Positions 24,901 through 37,609 of a stretch of 64,000 nt of DNA are shown here, piece by piece (positions within the stretch are counted from its first letter, which is position 1; the number at the start of each line of letters is the position of its first letter). Both the position numbers and the translations under genes were made by a program. The notes beneath the pieces were generated by a model. It saw nothing but the letters and a program-made list of their open reading frames with translations. It was not told the DNA's origin and did no database searches. The DNA is from Lytechinus pictus (taxonomy: Eukaryota). The DNA lies in contig NC_087246.1 of NCBI RefSeq assembly GCF_037042905.1, positions 69,130,001-69,194,000 of the forward strand, in the 5' to 3' direction.

Positions 24901-27460
24901 TTTGGGGAAGATAATGAATCTAATTTCATTTGATTGAATATAAGTATTTGAATCATTATCAATGGACACTGAGCTGACTTGAATTTTGAACTGTCTGAAA
25001 TATGAAAAGGGCTGTAATTTTTATTGATGAATTATATAAACGTCGAAATGTAGTTATGTTTCCTTCATGAAACTAATGTGATTTCTTTTTTTCAAATTGA
25101 AAACTGCCTTTATTGTGACACACAAATTGTCAGAAGGCGTTTCGATTTTAATGATTGTATCTGGAACCAAAGTGCAGTTCCAGCTTGAAATTGTCTTGAT
25201 TAGCGGAAATTTCATCACATCAAACACCTCTGTATCTGACTGACAGCCATATTTTTCTATGATAAAAAAATTGTGATGCAGATGTTTGCATGTTTGACAG
25301 ATAATCAAAATCGATATAACTTGCGTATCTTCACGTCTTTCACTCACTCGTTAGTTTCCAATCGAATTCTTCAATGTTGGGAGGAAAAAGGGACTGTATA
25401 ATAAGCAGAAACTAGGAAATAAGAATCAAGATTTTTCTTAAGAACCAATTCAGTGAAGAAAAATTCCAGTGGGACACATGATACATTTCTAATGCGCATT
25501 CAAATTTGAATCAAAAGATTTTTTTTGAATTGTTTTGTCATTCTTTATATTCAACGTTGAAGTGACGATTTGCTATTGGTATTGTATGGTGGTAAATAGA
25601 TTAATCGACCTCTCAGGCTCTCACGCAACATCCGTATTGAACAAGCGCTCCAACTTGTGATATTGTACGATAACTTATGACTTTTTGTAGTAATGTCTAA
25701 GAAAAAAGATAATAAAGTGCAGATCTTGTAGATTTATTCAAGGGAAAACTCATGATCAAGAGGAATGAAAATCATCCTTCATTATTAATATTTCTAAACA
25801 ACTTCAATTTTGATGGATTAGTAAGGCTATTGCTATCTAGAGTTAAAGACCTTAGCCAGGTTATCGATTTCAGACGACCTTTCGTATTCTCAGTTGACTT
25901 TAGCTGTCGGCTCTTAAATATTGCATTTGATAGTGTTTTATATTTTATTCCATTCTGCCTGAGCTGCAGAGCATGTAAAAATACAGGATTTTCACGTTTT
26001 GTGCTTAATTTTCTGTAATTCTCGAGGTACATGTATAACTCTTACTCTAGGAACAAGATGATTGATAAGTATAACGTACCTTTTTGGGGAAAAACATATA
26101 ATAGTGATGTCCTTTTCCAGAAGAGTGATAACAGAAAATTCGATTTCATATTACGCAAATTTCTGTCGCTAATTGTCAATGTTTAACAGAAAACATAAGT
26201 AGCAAATAACTATAAAAATTATATAAAATGATTGCAATTGTCAGGTTTAACGAAAATCATATCTTCCTGTCAATCATCTTGTAGATATGCCTCATTGAAA
26301 CATATATGAGCCGATTCGACAAGACGATTAAATATGTCTCTTGTGGCAGTTATACATGTAGTACACCCGCGGCCAGATGTCTGAATGAGTTAGAGTACAT
26401 GTTCACATACGCAAATGAGCAGGAGGGAGTAATAGTGAATATTCAATGAAATGAATAAATTATTTACTCATTTGACTTGAATATGTTGTGGCTCTTTTGG
26501 GGGAAAGTTGACTTTCATTTCGATTTATCCTGTTGCAACATAAGTCAACCACACTCTTGTCCCATCTGGTGACTGTGAAAAAGTAGTTACTGTCAATAAG
26601 AGGCAGATGATTCAATTTTCATAACCTGTCCGTCAAACTTCAAATGAAAACCGTCTGTGAGTGTCCAATTAATGGTGCTGTACAATTCTTTATCTCCATT
26701 TAAATCTTCAAGAGTGTGTCAATCATTTCTGATTATGCAGATAAAAAAAATTAAACTTGAGAGATCATCAAAACTGTCATTATTTCGGCAGGTTAGGGGG
26801 AGTAGAGAGTTATTTTATTGCCCTGCCATGAAACTGTACTCTTTCGTAACTGTAATGCGCAACCGAATCTCGAAACTTGCTCCTTGAAACTTGTAATTAA
26901 ATCGATTCTTCAGTGAAGAAATTTGTGCACTCTTGGAGAACGAGAATGGGAATTGTAGAATATAATGCCCAAGAAATATGTGCATCCAATACTTATGAAA
27001 TATCATAAGTTCAAAATTACATCTCTTTGGTGAAGAGATGGATGTAGGTTTGTTATCCAGTCGTTTCAATCAGAATTTACCTTTGCTTCAAAGCGCACTA
27101 CACATTTTCCTGTGGATATTTATTAAGAAAAAGACAAGAGCGTATATGTACAGCTTCAGAACATGAACTAGGTTAAGTGAAGAAACAATATCTTTATTAC
27201 TCCAAAATGTGCGGTGCATCGAAGATTCGCTTTTTCCTTTGTCGCGTTTAGGTGAAAGTGTATGAGGCGCCGAATGTACCAATATTATATAGAACAATTA
27301 TTTGTTATATAATCATTATTTATTAAATAATAACTATTATTTATATATAATTTACATTTTATTTGTAAATAACTACTATTATATAAAATATCATTTCTAA
27401 TTATTTATATATAATTCCAAGTAATACTTCATTATTTGTAAATAATAATAGTTCGACATT

Positions 27461-28050
27461 CCATTATTTATAAATAATGATTATTTGTTTTTCATTATTT
27501 ATAAATAATGATTATTTGTTTTTCATTATTTATAAATAATGATTATTTGTTTTTCATTATTTATAAATAATGATTATTTGTTTTTCATTATTTATAAATA
27601 ATGATTATTTGTTTTTCATTATTTATAAATAATGATTATTTGTTTTTCATTATTTACAAATAATGATTATTTGTTTTTCATTATTTATAAATAATGATTA
27701 TTTGTTTTTCATTATTTATAAATAATGATAATTGGTTTTTCATTATTTATAAATAATGATTATTTGTTTTTCATTATTTACAAATAATGATTATTTGTTT
27801 TTCATTATTTATAAATAATGATTATTTGTTTTTCATTATTTATAAATAATTTGTTGAGTTTTCCATTATTTATAAATAATGATTATTTGTTAAATAATGA
27901 AAACGTCTACTTCATTATTTATAAATAATTTTTTCGAGTGCACCATTATTCTCATTATTTATAAATAATCATTATTTATATACAAATAACCATTATTTAT
28001 TAAATAATGCCATTATTTATTAAATAATGCCATTATTTATTAAATAATGG
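27461..28050. repeat. 31-bp AT-rich minisatellite (~13 units) plus a 20-bp unit x3, left arm
   Basis: Unit TTCATTATTTATAAATAATGATTATTTGTTT, which contains the 20-bp palindrome TCATTATTTATAAATAATGA. Confidence 0.95.
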
Positions 28051-30306
28051 AAAACTCGCTATAACATGCAAATGTGGGACCGCCCATGATATGAATATTC
28101 ATGATGCGATTTCCTTTTTCGTGATTTTTCTTCACAAATTTTTGTCCATTTCCTCTTCATAATGACATTTCTTGAAGCAATTTTCTAGGGATATGGTCTG
28201 ATTGTAATATTCTTCATTTTCTATATAACTTCGTCTTCGTAGAAATATCAAAAAGTGTAATTTTATACGATTTTTCCTACAGTTCACAATCCCCATAGGC
28301 GCGCGTGTACGGTAGGGACAACCGGTGAATCGACGGAGTGCTCTTCATCGAAATACTACGTTGGTTGGTCCCCGGAAGTGGCGGGCGGAATTTAGCCCGA
28401 ATCCTCGATGGAAGTCGATCAAGTGCATATGAGCTGAGAGAGTGAAATATCAGTGTACTTGTACAGGCCCTTCTACTTTTTATAATTATTTCTTGTTGCT
28501 TTTTTGTTAAGTTAATTTTTCCTGGTGTAGAGATAAGTTTCAGTTCTAATAATGCACTTCAAATACATTTTGGAGTGTCTGTTTGAGGCGTTTGGGGCGA
28601 TTTCACCCTGGCCCCAAAATGCTCGCAACGACAATACGGGGGCATGATGACCCCTAAATTTTTAAAAACTTATTTTTCTATTGAAAATTATCACAAAATT
28701 CACCCAAAGTGTGCACGAAAGCCTTCGTATTTCACTTTTAAAACTCCAAAAAGTGCCCAAATGACAAGCTTGGTCGCTTCGCTGTGTCGCTTTCAACTTG
28801 AGAACGTTTACGCGTCTGCTTCCCCCCCCCCCCTCCTCCGAAAGAAATTATGTATACGGCCATGCTCTAAAGAGCCTGGCACATTGATTTATGTATACTT
28901 CATTTTCATTATTTTTATCTCATTATCATCATGGCCTTACGCATAATTTTTTCCGGGGGGGGGGATGGGGGGAGCAGGACGCGCGTAAACTTTCTCATAA
29001 AAATCTTGAAAAAGCGAAGCGACCAAGCTTGTCATTTGAGCTTGGTCGCGTCGCTGTCTCGCTTTCAAGATTTTTTTGAGAAACTTTACGCGCGTCCTAG
29101 CTGCTCCCCCCCCCCCCCCGGTAAAAATTCTGTGTAAGGCCATGATGATAATGTGATAAAAATAATGAAAATGAAAAGTACATATAAATCAATGTGCCAT
29201 ATGCTCTTTTGAGCATGGCCGTTCACAGAATTTCTTTCGGGGGGTGGGGGCAGACGCGCGTAAACGTTCTCAAGTTGAAAGCGAGACAGCGAAGCGACCA
29301 AGCTTGTCATTTGGGCTTGGTCCCGTGGCTGTCTCGCTTTCAAGATTTTTTTGAGAAAATTTACGCGCGTCATGCTCCGGCCCCGGCCCCCCTGGAAAAA
29401 ATTCTGCGTAAGGCCATGTTGATAATGAGATAAAAATAATGAAAATGAAAGTATACATAAATCAATGTGCCAGGCTCTTTAGAGCATGGCCGTATACAGA
29501 ATTTCTTTCGGAGGAGGGGGGGGGGATATATCGAAGCAGACGCGTAAACGTTCTCAAGTTGAATGCGACACAGCGAAGCGACCAAGCTTGTCATTTGGGC
29601 ACTTTTTGGAGTTTTAAAAGTGAAATACGAAGGCTTTCGTGCACACTTTTGGTGAATTTTGAGATAATTTTCAATAGAAAAATAAGTTTTTAAAAATTTA
29701 GGGGTCATCATGCCCCCGTATTGTCGTTGCGAGCATTTTGGGGCCAGGGTGAAATCGCCCCAAACGCCTCAAACAGACACTCCAAAATGTATTTGAAGTG
29801 CATTATTAGAACTGAAACTTATCTCTACACCAGGAAAAATTAACTTAACAAAAAAAGCAACAAGAAATATTTATAAAAAGTAGAAGGGCCTGTACAAGTA
29901 CACTGATATTTCACTCTCTCAGCTCATATGCACTTGATCGACTTCCATCGAGGATTCGGGCTAAATTCCGCCCGCCACTTCCGGGGACCAACCAACGTAG
30001 TATTTCGGTGAAGAGCACTCCGTCGATTCACCGGTTGTCCCTACCGTACACGCGCGCCTATGGGGATTGTGAACTGTAGGAAAAATCGTATAAAATTACA
30101 CTTTTTGATATTTCTACGAAGACGAAGTTATATAGAAAATGAAGAATATTACAATCAGACCATATCCCTAGAAAATTGCTTCAAGAAATGTCATTATGAA
30201 GAGGAAATGGACAAAAATTTGTGAAGAAAAATCACGAAAAAGGAAATCGCATCATGAATATTCATATCATGGGCGGTCCCACATTTGCATGTTATAGCGA
30301 GTTTTC

Positions 30307-30935
30307 CATTATTTAATAAATAATGGCATTATTTAATAAATAATGGCATTATTTAATAAATAATGGCATTATTTAATAAATAATGGCATTATTTAATAAA
30401 TAATGGTTATTTGTATATAAATAATGATTATTTATAAATAATGAGAATAATGGTGCACTCGAAAAAATTATTTATAAATAATGAAGTAGACGTTTTCATT
30501 ATTTAACAAATAATCATTATTTATAAATAATGGAAAACTCAACAAATTATTTATAAATAATGAAAAACAAATAATCATTATTTATAAATAATGAAAAACA
30601 AATAATCATTATTTGTAAATAATGAAAAACAAATAATCATTATTTATAAATAATGAAAAACCAATTATCATTATTTATAAATAATGAAAAACAAATAATC
30701 ATTATTTATAAATAATGAAAAACAAATAATCATTATTTGTAAATAATGAAAAACAAATAATCATTATTTATAAATAATGAAAAACAAATAATCATTATTT
30801 ATAAATAATGAAAAACAAATAATCATTATTTATAAATAATGAAAAACAAATAATCATTATTTATAAATAATGAAAAACAAATAATCATTATTTATAAATA
30901 ATGAAAAACAAATAATCATTATTTATAAATAATGG
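30307..30935. repeat. Mirror copy of the minisatellite, right arm (20-bp unit x5)
   Basis: Reverse complement of 27461-28050, including the same variant units. Confidence 0.95.
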
Positions 30936-32132
30936 AATGTCGAACTATTATTATTTACAAATAATGAAGTATTACTTGGAATTATATATAAATAATTAGA
31001 AGTGATATTTTATATAATAGTAGTTATTTACAAATAAAATGTAAATTATATATAAATAATAGTTATTATTTAATAAATAATGATTATATAACAAATAATT
31101 GTTCTATATAATATTGGTACATTCGGCGCCTCATAAAAGTGCGATTCGTAATTCGGAACCGTGTTCCCCAGTGCGATATTGTAGACTCCGCACACGCGCT
31201 TCAGGGAGATCAAACTTCACCGCGCTCGGGCGCGAAAATGAAAAGGCATCGGTGGTAAGTGACTATCATTTTCCATGAAAGTATGATAATATTGCAAAAA
31301 CCAGAAATGACAAGTCCGGGGCATATTTAGGGAGCCTTGGATCTCGGATGACACCACACATTTTTATTCATATCTCCTGTTTCAAAGGCGCAGTTCGGCT
31401 TTTGATGGCGAGGCATAGAAATTGAGACCGAAGATTGGTGTTGTGCGTACCTTATCAATGAGGGTAAATGATACCATTGGCACGTGTACTGCTCTTGGCT
31501 GTTGGATCCAATATTAATATACCACATCTCTGCCCCCTATCATAACCTGATGCAATAACTACATTAGCCAGTTATAGCCACCTTCATCATTTCCACGCAT
31601 GCTTTCATGAAGCATACATTATACAACCACAGAAAATGTGCGATTTTACCATTCGTTTCGCAAGATTGTGTGTTTCTGTTGATACGATTTAGAAGTATGG
31701 TGCATTTGTTATGCGTTTTTTTTTCTCGCCATATCTTTAAAAAATGGCAAAAAATTGGTAAACGGAATTGCCAAAGCGACAGCGACTGACCTGAAGCGAG
31801 AAATGTAGAAGTGGCTGTTGCCAATGCATTGTTCGTATTCAGGATCGTACATGTATCTGTCAGAGACATATGCCATACGAGCTGTCGGGTTATCATACAT
31901 GTTGCATGTAGTTAAAGAGCCAATGCACCTCGGGCACATCTGGGTCCCCTTCTCGAGCATGTGAAACGAAATGGTTCAGACGATCATCTTTCTCGAGCAA
32001 ACATTTGATGACGGCAAGGCGCCTATATCTTCTCCAGACAATATTTTCAGAGGCTCTAAATAACGAAACAAAGTTAACAAATCGAACTCAAGTTCGATAA
32101 CCTTGTTCCCACCCCTTCTCCTAACCTTTCCA

Positions 32133-32358
32133 CTCTGTAAAAACTCCGGTGTTGATTTAACACCAGCCCGGAATCTATATATGTCCACATCAGAGAAGTA
32201 TTGAAACAACACCAGTTTGGAATCAAACCGATGCTGTTTTAATACTAATTGGTGTTGTGTTAGACCAAAACGAAACTGGTGTTGTTTAACACTTCTCTGG
32301 TGTGGACATAATATAGATTCCGGGCTGGTGTTAAATCAACACCAGAGTTTTTGCAGTG
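32133..32358. mobile_element. CMC/EnSpm-like MITE
   Basis: ~48-bp TIRs (CTCTGTAAAAACTCCGGTGTTGATTTAACACCAGCCCGGAATCTATAT and its reverse complement ending GCAGTG). 2-bp flanks CA/CA. Confidence 0.75.
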
Positions 32359-35300
32359 CACGTTTGAGTGTTTGGAGACTATTGAAGCTGAACGATTCAT
32401 GTAGCATGCGCAAACAAAATTTCCAGAGGAGCAGTCCACAATAATTACTTAAATTATTCTTTGTTAAATCCATTTGTGAAACAAAACCCCTTAGAGTCAC
32501 ATTTTTGTCCTTTCGGCACGAACTAGCATTTTCGAAAAGGCATGCGTTCATGTTTGGCGTCTTTGGCCGGTGAAGCACGTATGGGGAAAGTTTTTAACGT
32601 CAACATTACTTCCTGTTTACACATCAAACATATGTCGTTAATTTGGTTGGAGATTTGGGTCTTGAATTCTGACTGTGTACGCTAGCTGTTATAAGGTCCT
32701 CTCTTTTTGGACTTGACGTTATACAATTATGGTCATTCATGCTCTGCAGCACTACTTCTGGTTGTAAATTAATCGAATTCTTCGACCTTTACTCAATAAA
32801 GATGGGTTAAGCCATATATATTAGTTTCAATATTAGTTTCTCTTTGCACAACCTTATACATGTTTCTGCAGTTTCTCTCCATGCACTTAATGACTCGCTC
32901 CTGTAATGGCGAAACTCCATACCTTGACAGATGTGGGCATGTGGAAAATTCGACTTGCCCTTGGTGAATCTTCTCTCAGCAAACCATGATTTCTTTCTGG
33001 TTCGATCAGCCGTTCTGTGACCGTAAAACCACCAGTAATTATGATTCAGTCATGAGGAAAACGAGTTTCCAATTCATAAACTCGCTGGTAAGAATGCCGG
33101 TTTAACGCAGTGTCGCTTCTCGCGCGAATCTAAAGGGATCCTTTTGGTGAATCGTTTTGTCTTCGTGCGTATCGTACTGGGCGATTTTGCCCCATGCAGT
33201 GCCGAATTCTGCAACCTTCGTTAGTTACATGTACATGATACATCGATACGGTTGTTGAAATTCTTGATAAGAAGTGAAGTTAAATAGGCCAATGGAATTT
33301 AATGTACATGCACTATTTTTCCTCAGTTTACATGTCCCATATTGATAATGCTAAAACATACACCCTCTCAAACAATATACATCATACCATGGACCTACTC
33401 CTCTGTCAGAGTAGTACGTCCATGAATTTACGCACCCCCACGATATATTACGTACATGTTCTGTCAAATGTTCCATGGTTAAGGACGGGTAGAGCGTGGT
33501 CCATGTCCACGGACGCTTTTTGGTTGTCACTTTTTGTGGATTGGTGAATGGTGATACCTTTGTATATGTGGTTATCAGCAGATCTAAAAATGAAATGTTA
33601 TTTAAGTATTATTTTTTTCACCTATCGGTCACAACATAGTACATGTACTTCTTCGGAGCGATGTAGTTTATGTGGCCTGTATTGTATCTTTGTCCATGCT
33701 TTAAATACTTTAATACGGTCTATACGGTGTAGTTCATTCTGTGGGCTGTTGGTATGGACTTACATGTACCATAGTCCTAGGGTAGAGTTAATTCGTTTGT
33801 GCCAACATGGATGTATAAAGAAATGGTTTCACGAAGTTCCATGTTCTTTGAGGGTTTTGCGATATCATTGTATTCGATAAATCGGTTCTCCCTTCAGCTT
33901 GCAGGACCTTTGGCGAATGTTCCATACAATATGACGCCCCTATTCGAGTGGCGCCTGGAGGCAAAGGCGTTTTGAATTCACCATCAATAAATGTCAATCA
34001 TTCTTGATTTATAACGATTCATGTAGACTTTCTGTGCACTTAGCCCATATTTCACAGCTTTGTGGATTAATTCAAAGCGAATATTGCCGAGATTTGCTTG
34101 ATGATAGTAGTGTTTGTCCCATTGGCATGATTGTATCCTCTGAGTTTAGTGGCTTCCCATGACCTCTTGACTGTCAAGGGGTGGGGTTTGATCTGTGGTG
34201 TCTTATTGACAAAGGGTTATATATGTTTTGGAAGGCAAGATCGAAATTGTGTTTTTGAATTGAAACCATAATACATGTGCCTGGGCACTCGTAAAGATAC
34301 AAGAACTGTCGAGATACATTTGCCACTTCTTGCCATGAAGAACGCCATAAAGATTGATGTCAAGTAATCTGATGATGACTAGGTCGATAATGACTAAAGA
34401 TTGACTATTTCGTCAATCTAACAGTATGTACTTTTTAAGAAGTGTGTGTATGTGTGGGAGAGAGCAATGGGTGGACCTGCAAGTTTTGGCCCTATTATCT
34501 AAAAGGCATATTCTATCCTTCCATCCATTTGGTAGGAACGATTGAGCGTAAACTGGTGAGTTAGCCACTCGAAAACGTTAACTAATTTACTTCTTGTTTT
34601 CACAATTTTATTTATTTTCAAGCTGAGAATACATGTAGATGAGAACAGACCCTGTAAACCACATCAGACCAAAGTTACAAATTGTGCGTTTGTTGTGGAT
34701 CCCATTCAATCCACATGTAATTTGTACATATAAAATGAAATGGCGAAACGGAGCAATACTTACTATTTACGCTCCTTGCATTACAGTTTTCGATGGAACT
34801 ATTTTTCTAGCAAAATTGGAGAGGAAGGCTGTGATCGATTTGGACATTAAAATAAAATCCCGGTAAAACCCCGAAACCCCGACGCCGTAATCTGACAGAT
34901 GACTGGATTTTATGTTATTTGGGACACTGAAGGGATAAAAGCCACACTAAAGCTTATAAATACAATTCTATCACATTTCCTAGGGTTTTTCGAGACGTGC
35001 ATTTTGATTGAGATAGTGGAGACCTTTCGTTTTCTGTGACGAGCCATGTGGACGTACGAGATTAAGGAATTTTGGGAGCGCTGCGCATGCGCGAAGTAAT
35101 CTGTGACGAGCCTTCTCGTTCACTGCCCAAATCTGTGACTCGAATTTGAGGGTTTTGACGTTCGGTGTCATAGTGCTCGAACGAGCGCTAGTTCGTACAT
35201 GATGACGTCATCCAAGCTTAGCAAAAATGAATGAAGCCACATCAACATTCGAGTTTCGTTGATTCAGCAGGGCTGGTAAACTGCAAATTACTGCTTGTTA

Positions 35301-37431
35301 CCAGCTTTTCCATTACATTTAGTGTGTCCTGTTTTCAGACACTACATATCCGATAGGTAATTGATGTTCTATTTCCAAACAACTGTGTTTTTTCAGCTTT
35401 TTGCGCAGGAGTGCAAATGTTGCACCCACAGTCGCCCCACTGGTTCGTAGCGTGATGCTACGCCTGATTCTCCGGCCGAGCATCGGCCCACGGCCCGCTC
35501 GCTACCACGCTGGTATATGCTGTGGCCTGGTACGGAAACGTCGACTTAAATCGAAACTGTTTTCATCAATGTACGAACGTAAAACTGAACGAGCGGTGTC
35601 ACCACTTCCGGTGAACTAGGACTACGTTGCAGTCGCAGACAATCGAAAGCTCCTTAGTTACATTACAAGTGCAACGTTTCTTTGTCATTTGTTGTGTCAT
35701 GCCATGGCGAAGGGCTCTTGCTCTATCTTCATATGGATGGATAACCAAGGAATTGTCAGGAACAATTACTGGGAAGATATCAACACATGGAAAACTGGTT
35801 TCGGGTGTGTGTGTGTGTGTAGGGGGGGGGGGGTATAAAGGCGCATATGAATGATCTTACTCTGGAGAGGTGATGACACACCGATGTCATTGAACTCGAC
35901 TAATGGGGGTCACCTCATCTGGGGATGCTTGCGGCGGTCAAGAGCGTCTTATCGACTGTCCAGGTAGTATAAAAAAGGAGGAGTGGAAGTACCAAGTTTG
36001 ATTTCTCACTCTGAGTGATATGTGATACTGTCTTAGCCTGAATATTTTGTTTTGATTTTGAAATCTATGATATAATATTTTTCTATTGACAACATTAATT
36101 TTTATTGATAATTGTGATTCCGATTGGGAATGAATACAATTTATGTCATGTTTAATTTAATTAACATTCACGTGTTGGTGACAGAATGCAATGTCGAATC
36201 AGGGAGTTGGGAGTAGATTTTCTGGTCGAATGCAGTGGACCTATTATAAGATGAAATTCAGAAGGCATGTTGCAAAACAACGAGTAGAACCTGATCAACT
36301 CAATTGTTTTGAATAGGAACTGACCGCAAACGACTCTGGACGCATTCGCTACTGATTTTATATGTGCATGATTTATTCATGCCAGCGGGTAACATGTTCA
36401 TGTACATTTGCCTTGGGATAAAAATTCCACTCTTTCCACCCTTCCTTATGAACGATTCATTCTCTTTGTTGGATATCTGTTTTTCTTACCTTTAAGATTA
36501 TTGGTTTCCATGCAGGTGAGGTCTAAAATTAAGTCTCTTATAGTAGGACGATGTCTTTTTAGTTCTTGAAAGAAAGTGCTTTTCTGAAAACAGGTATGTA
36601 AAGGGGTGTGTGCCCTATAAGTAACTCACTGAAGATGAATGGCCTCCTATTTGCCAACCATTTTACCCCGAACAATAACCCGACACCATCTTTAGGTCAG
36701 GTGCACAAAAGACGGGTCAATAAATAGTGGGTAATGATCATTGCCCCTCCTACAGAAGCGCATCGAAACCACTCTTGATCTATTCTTCCTGGCCAATTAA
36801 TCTGTCTTTGATTATCACATTGTCCCTGCACAAGTCTTCATCCATAAATATAACAATGTATTTTGTGTACATACATGCGAATATGCACTTTTGGTTTGTG
36901 GTACAATTATTGTAGGTAGGTACAGGTAGAACATCAAGCCAGCGATATCATAAACGTAGTTACGGATTGTTTACATAGCTGCTTTTTCTGGGTAATATCC
37001 ATGAAAAGCATCACAAAACACAATTGAAGTTGAATAACTTTATGACTGACTAGCTGGAACTGCTAAGATGTTAGACACATGCTAATTACAAATTGCTTGT
37101 ACTTGTGAGTTTGTGCGATTTTTTCAGATACATCAGGATTGAAATAAAGTTCTTATATTACCTGATCTACCTGAACCATGGAGCTACTCCAGCTAGCAGG
37201 TTTGGTATAATGTATCCAAATAAACATGATGAGGTATATCTACATGTATTGTAGACAACATAAGTCATGTACGACGTATTGATATAGGGCCTATGGGTGA
37301 ATGAATTCTGACCTGAACTAAGACAATCCTCGAGTAATTTAAGACTAAATCATTTTTCTTTTTCACAAGTCAACGGCTAGGGGGGATTCCTCAAGCTTTA
37401 GTTTATAGCATTCCGAGCCTGAAATCCAAAT

Positions 37432-37609
37432 AGGCGGTGCTGCACCATCCCGAGTTTGCTCAATCTCGAGATTGGGCCCGATTGGCCCTCTTCGCGATTA
37501 ATCTCGAGATTCAAGAAACCCCGTCTCCACCATCGCAAGAAGATCGGGATAATTTGTCGGATCAGAAATAGCGCGCTTATTTGAAAATTCGGGATGGTGC
37601 AGACGGCCC
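37432..37609. mobile_element. PIF/Harbinger-like MITE
   Basis: Inverted ends CTGCACCATCCCGA / TCGGGATGGTGCAGACGGCCC. Internal AATCTCGAGATT palindromes. Confidence 0.65.

Larger units (their letters stand above)
27261..31135. mobile_element. 3.9-kb palindromic non-autonomous DNA transposon, IS3EU-like
   Basis: Termini TATGAGGCGCCG...CGGCGCCTCATA and a perfect 6-bp TSD AAAGTG (27255-60, 31136-41). The ~1.7-kb arms are near-identical reverse complements. TAY..RTA termini with a 6-bp TSD fit IS3EU (inference). No transposase. Confidence 0.85.

Noticed and set aside
27461-27850. Regular ~31-bp palindromic repeats resembling a CRISPR array
   Set aside because: The units are contiguous with no unique spacers, there are no cas genes, and the context is eukaryotic. 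It is a minisatellite inside a transposon arm.
28644-29711. Paired ORFs MMTPKFLKTYFS... on opposite strands
   Set aside because: A product of the palindrome. The two copies diverge by indels and show no protein-like features.
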